Program-made: the position numbers and the translations under genes
The notes under the pieces: generated by a model
Databases searched by the model: none
What the model was told of the DNA's origin: nothing
What the model saw: only the letters and a program-made list of their open reading frames with translations
DNA from: a bacterium
GTDB lineage: Bacteria > Patescibacteriota > Minisyncoccia > Phycocordibacterales > UBA2100
Direction: 5' to 3'
Length of the DNA stretch: 41,638 nucleotides
Assembly (NCBI GenBank): GCA_016789445.1
Contig: JAEUQT010000003.1
Coordinates: 38,962-80,599 of the forward strand
Shown here: positions 40,722 to 41,638 of the stretch, one piece after another
How positions within the stretch are numbered: position 1 is the stretch's first letter
How the letters are laid out: every line of letters starts with the position of its first letter

Positions 40722-40747
40722 GCGCTACAGACGACCCGCCACTAGCA

Positions 40748-40772
40748 CCCTCCCCCTTCCCCCACCACCCCC
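40748..40772. repeat. C-rich tract (G-rich on minus strand) in divergent promoter, copy 1
   Basis: CCCTCCCCCTTCCCCCACCACCCCC. The complement has four G3+ runs (G5-N4-G5-N2-G5-N1-G3). Confidence 0.8.
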
Positions 40773-40812
40773 AAAAGGTATACTCGTCCTCGGTAAAACA
40801 AAGGAGCTACCC

Positions 40813-41028
40813 ATGACCGGACTACCCGAACACCCTCCCAAGGGGAAGATCAGGTACAAGGCGTACTACCGCGACCTGACGCAGAACCCGTTCAGAGGCA
40901 ACGGAATCACGGTGCCGACGAAGACCGTCGACATCGATGAAAACGTGCCGTTCGACGAGGTCGAGAAACTCGCTAGGGATGCGCGTGAGAACTACGAGTT
41001 CGATCGTGTCGAGAAAGTCGCACCCTAG
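40813..41028 (+). CDS. Small hypothetical protein (71 aa)
   Basis: AAGGAG SD 6 nt upstream. Followed by a strong terminator. Confidence 0.45.
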   Translation: MTGLPEHPPKGKIRYKAYYRDLTQNPFRGNGITVPTKTVDIDENVPFDEVEKLARDARENYEFDRVEKVAP

Positions 41029-41037
41029 TCCACCTAC

Positions 41038-41068
41038 AGCCCCGCTACCCAGGCGGGGCTTTTTCTTT
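41038..41068 (+). terminator. Intrinsic terminator
   Basis: AGCCCCGC-TACCCAG-GCGGGGCT followed by TTTTCTTT. Confidence 0.8.
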
Positions 41069-41088
41069 GCCCCTCCCCTCCTCAAGTC

Positions 41089-41391
41089 TCACCTTTCATT
41101 CGGATAAGTGAAGGGATACACAACCGTCTGAAACCGCTGCTTAGAAAGGCATAGATGCTTTGCAAAAAATTCGAACGCTACAAAGCCCTGATACTTGTCA
41201 CACCTTCGTACAGTCGTATCGATTTCCAACTTGGGATCGTTGAAATATTCAGGTGATCTCGAATCATAGCAAACTCTTGTATCAGAAGATGTCCACTTAC
41301 ATCTTTGCGGACCGTAATCAAAGAAGCTCAATGCAAAATAGATTGCAAATAGCATCGCGATGAGGCCGAAGATCCAGCCAGATATTCGCAT
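41089..41391 (-). CDS. Small membrane-anchored Cys-rich hypothetical protein (100 aa)
   Basis: N-terminal TM (WIFGLIAMLFAIYFALSFF). Clearly AT-richer than the surroundings. TATACT 7 nt upstream of the ATG. Confidence 0.45.
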   Translation of the reverse strand: MRISGWIFGLIAMLFAIYFALSFFDYGPQRCKWTSSDTRVCYDSRSPEYFNDPKLEIDTTVRRCDKYQGFVAFEFFAKHLCLSKQRFQTVVYPFTYPNER

Positions 41392-41415
41392 TACTATAAG
41401 TATATACGAGGACTG

Positions 41416-41436
41416 CCTTCCCCTTCCCCTCCCCCC
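41416..41436. repeat. C-rich tract in divergent promoter, copy 2
   Basis: CCTTCCCCTTCCCCTCCCCCC, same relative position as copy 1 (upstream of a CATACT box, a GAGGAG SD and an ATG). Confidence 0.75.
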
Positions 41437-41478
41437 GAATCCGTGGCATACTCCCGCAGGCTAAAAGAGGAGCACCCA

Positions 41479-41638
41479 ATGATCAACCTCGTAACGGGCG
41501 TACTCGCGTGCGCACTCTGCTTCTGGAACAACCACAAGCCGGAGGAAGCGCCGCGCGAGATGCGGACTACCGAACAGGTGTTCGAGCTCGGGACTTCGAA
41601 GGTACGGATCATCACGCACGAGAAAGGTACCGGATACA
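41479..41638 (+). CDS. Hypothetical protein, 5' part only (runs off window)
   Basis: GAGGAG SD 6 nt upstream. MINLVTGVLACALCFWNNHKPEEAPREMRTTEQVFELGTSKVRIITHEKGTGY... Confidence 0.35.
   Translation, partial: MINLVTGVLACALCFWNNHKPEEAPREMRTTEQVFELGTSKVRIITHEKGTGY

Noticed and set aside
41394-41615. 73-aa minus-strand ORF at the window end.
   Set aside because: It is antisense to a + strand ORF that has a good SD (GAGGAG-N6-ATG). It also runs through the C-rich promoter tract and has no start signal of its own.
1-41638. CRISPR arrays, rRNA genes, IS elements or transposases, prophage structural genes.
   Set aside because: I saw no regularly spaced direct repeats, no rRNA-like sequence, and no ORFs with DDE, serine or tyrosine recombinase signatures. 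The only repeats are the short structured families reported above.

Overview
This 41.6-kb window is gene-dense and mostly transcribed on the minus strand. It looks like the core chromosome of a small-genome, moderately GC-rich bacterium. A CPR/Patescibacteria-like origin is plausible but is inference only. I did not see rRNA genes, CRISPR arrays, transposases or integrases.

Housekeeping content:
- scpA-scpB, aspS (archaeal-type) and trpS
- grpE-dnaK-dnaJ
- the distal ribosomal cluster infA-rpmJ-rpsM-rpsK-rpsD-rpoA-rplQ plus rplM-rpsI
- alaS (short form), ptrB, mnmA, mltG, dnaB, recR, rplU, rmuC, yqeY, mpg
- an RRM RNA-binding protein and one tRNA-Ala(UGC)

Accessory or unusual content:
- a SET-domain protein next to an orphan multi-TM histidine kinase
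- an MGMT-like protein, a 4-Cys PD-(D/E)XK nuclease, MgtC and an ATP-cone/Mrr-like nuclease
- a Fic/Doc-like protein with a degenerate motif
- a sigma-region-4/HARE-HTH protein
- an ASKHA-fold protein plus a membrane-anchored partner that interrupt the ribosomal cluster
- an AT-richer islet after tRNA-Ala, carrying a tightly coupled TIR-like + small 3-TM protein operon

Most interesting signals:
1. The TIR-like/3-TM pair, a candidate minimal defence module.
2. Three families of short structured intergenic repeats. Two have conserved loops and junctions but covarying stems.
3. A pervasive TAnnnT box 6-8 nt before the ATG, implying leaderless mRNAs at about 20 genes. This contrasts with strong Shine-Dalgarno sites on several orphan or accessory small genes.
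4. Duplicated C-rich (G4-capable) tracts in two divergent promoters of the islet.
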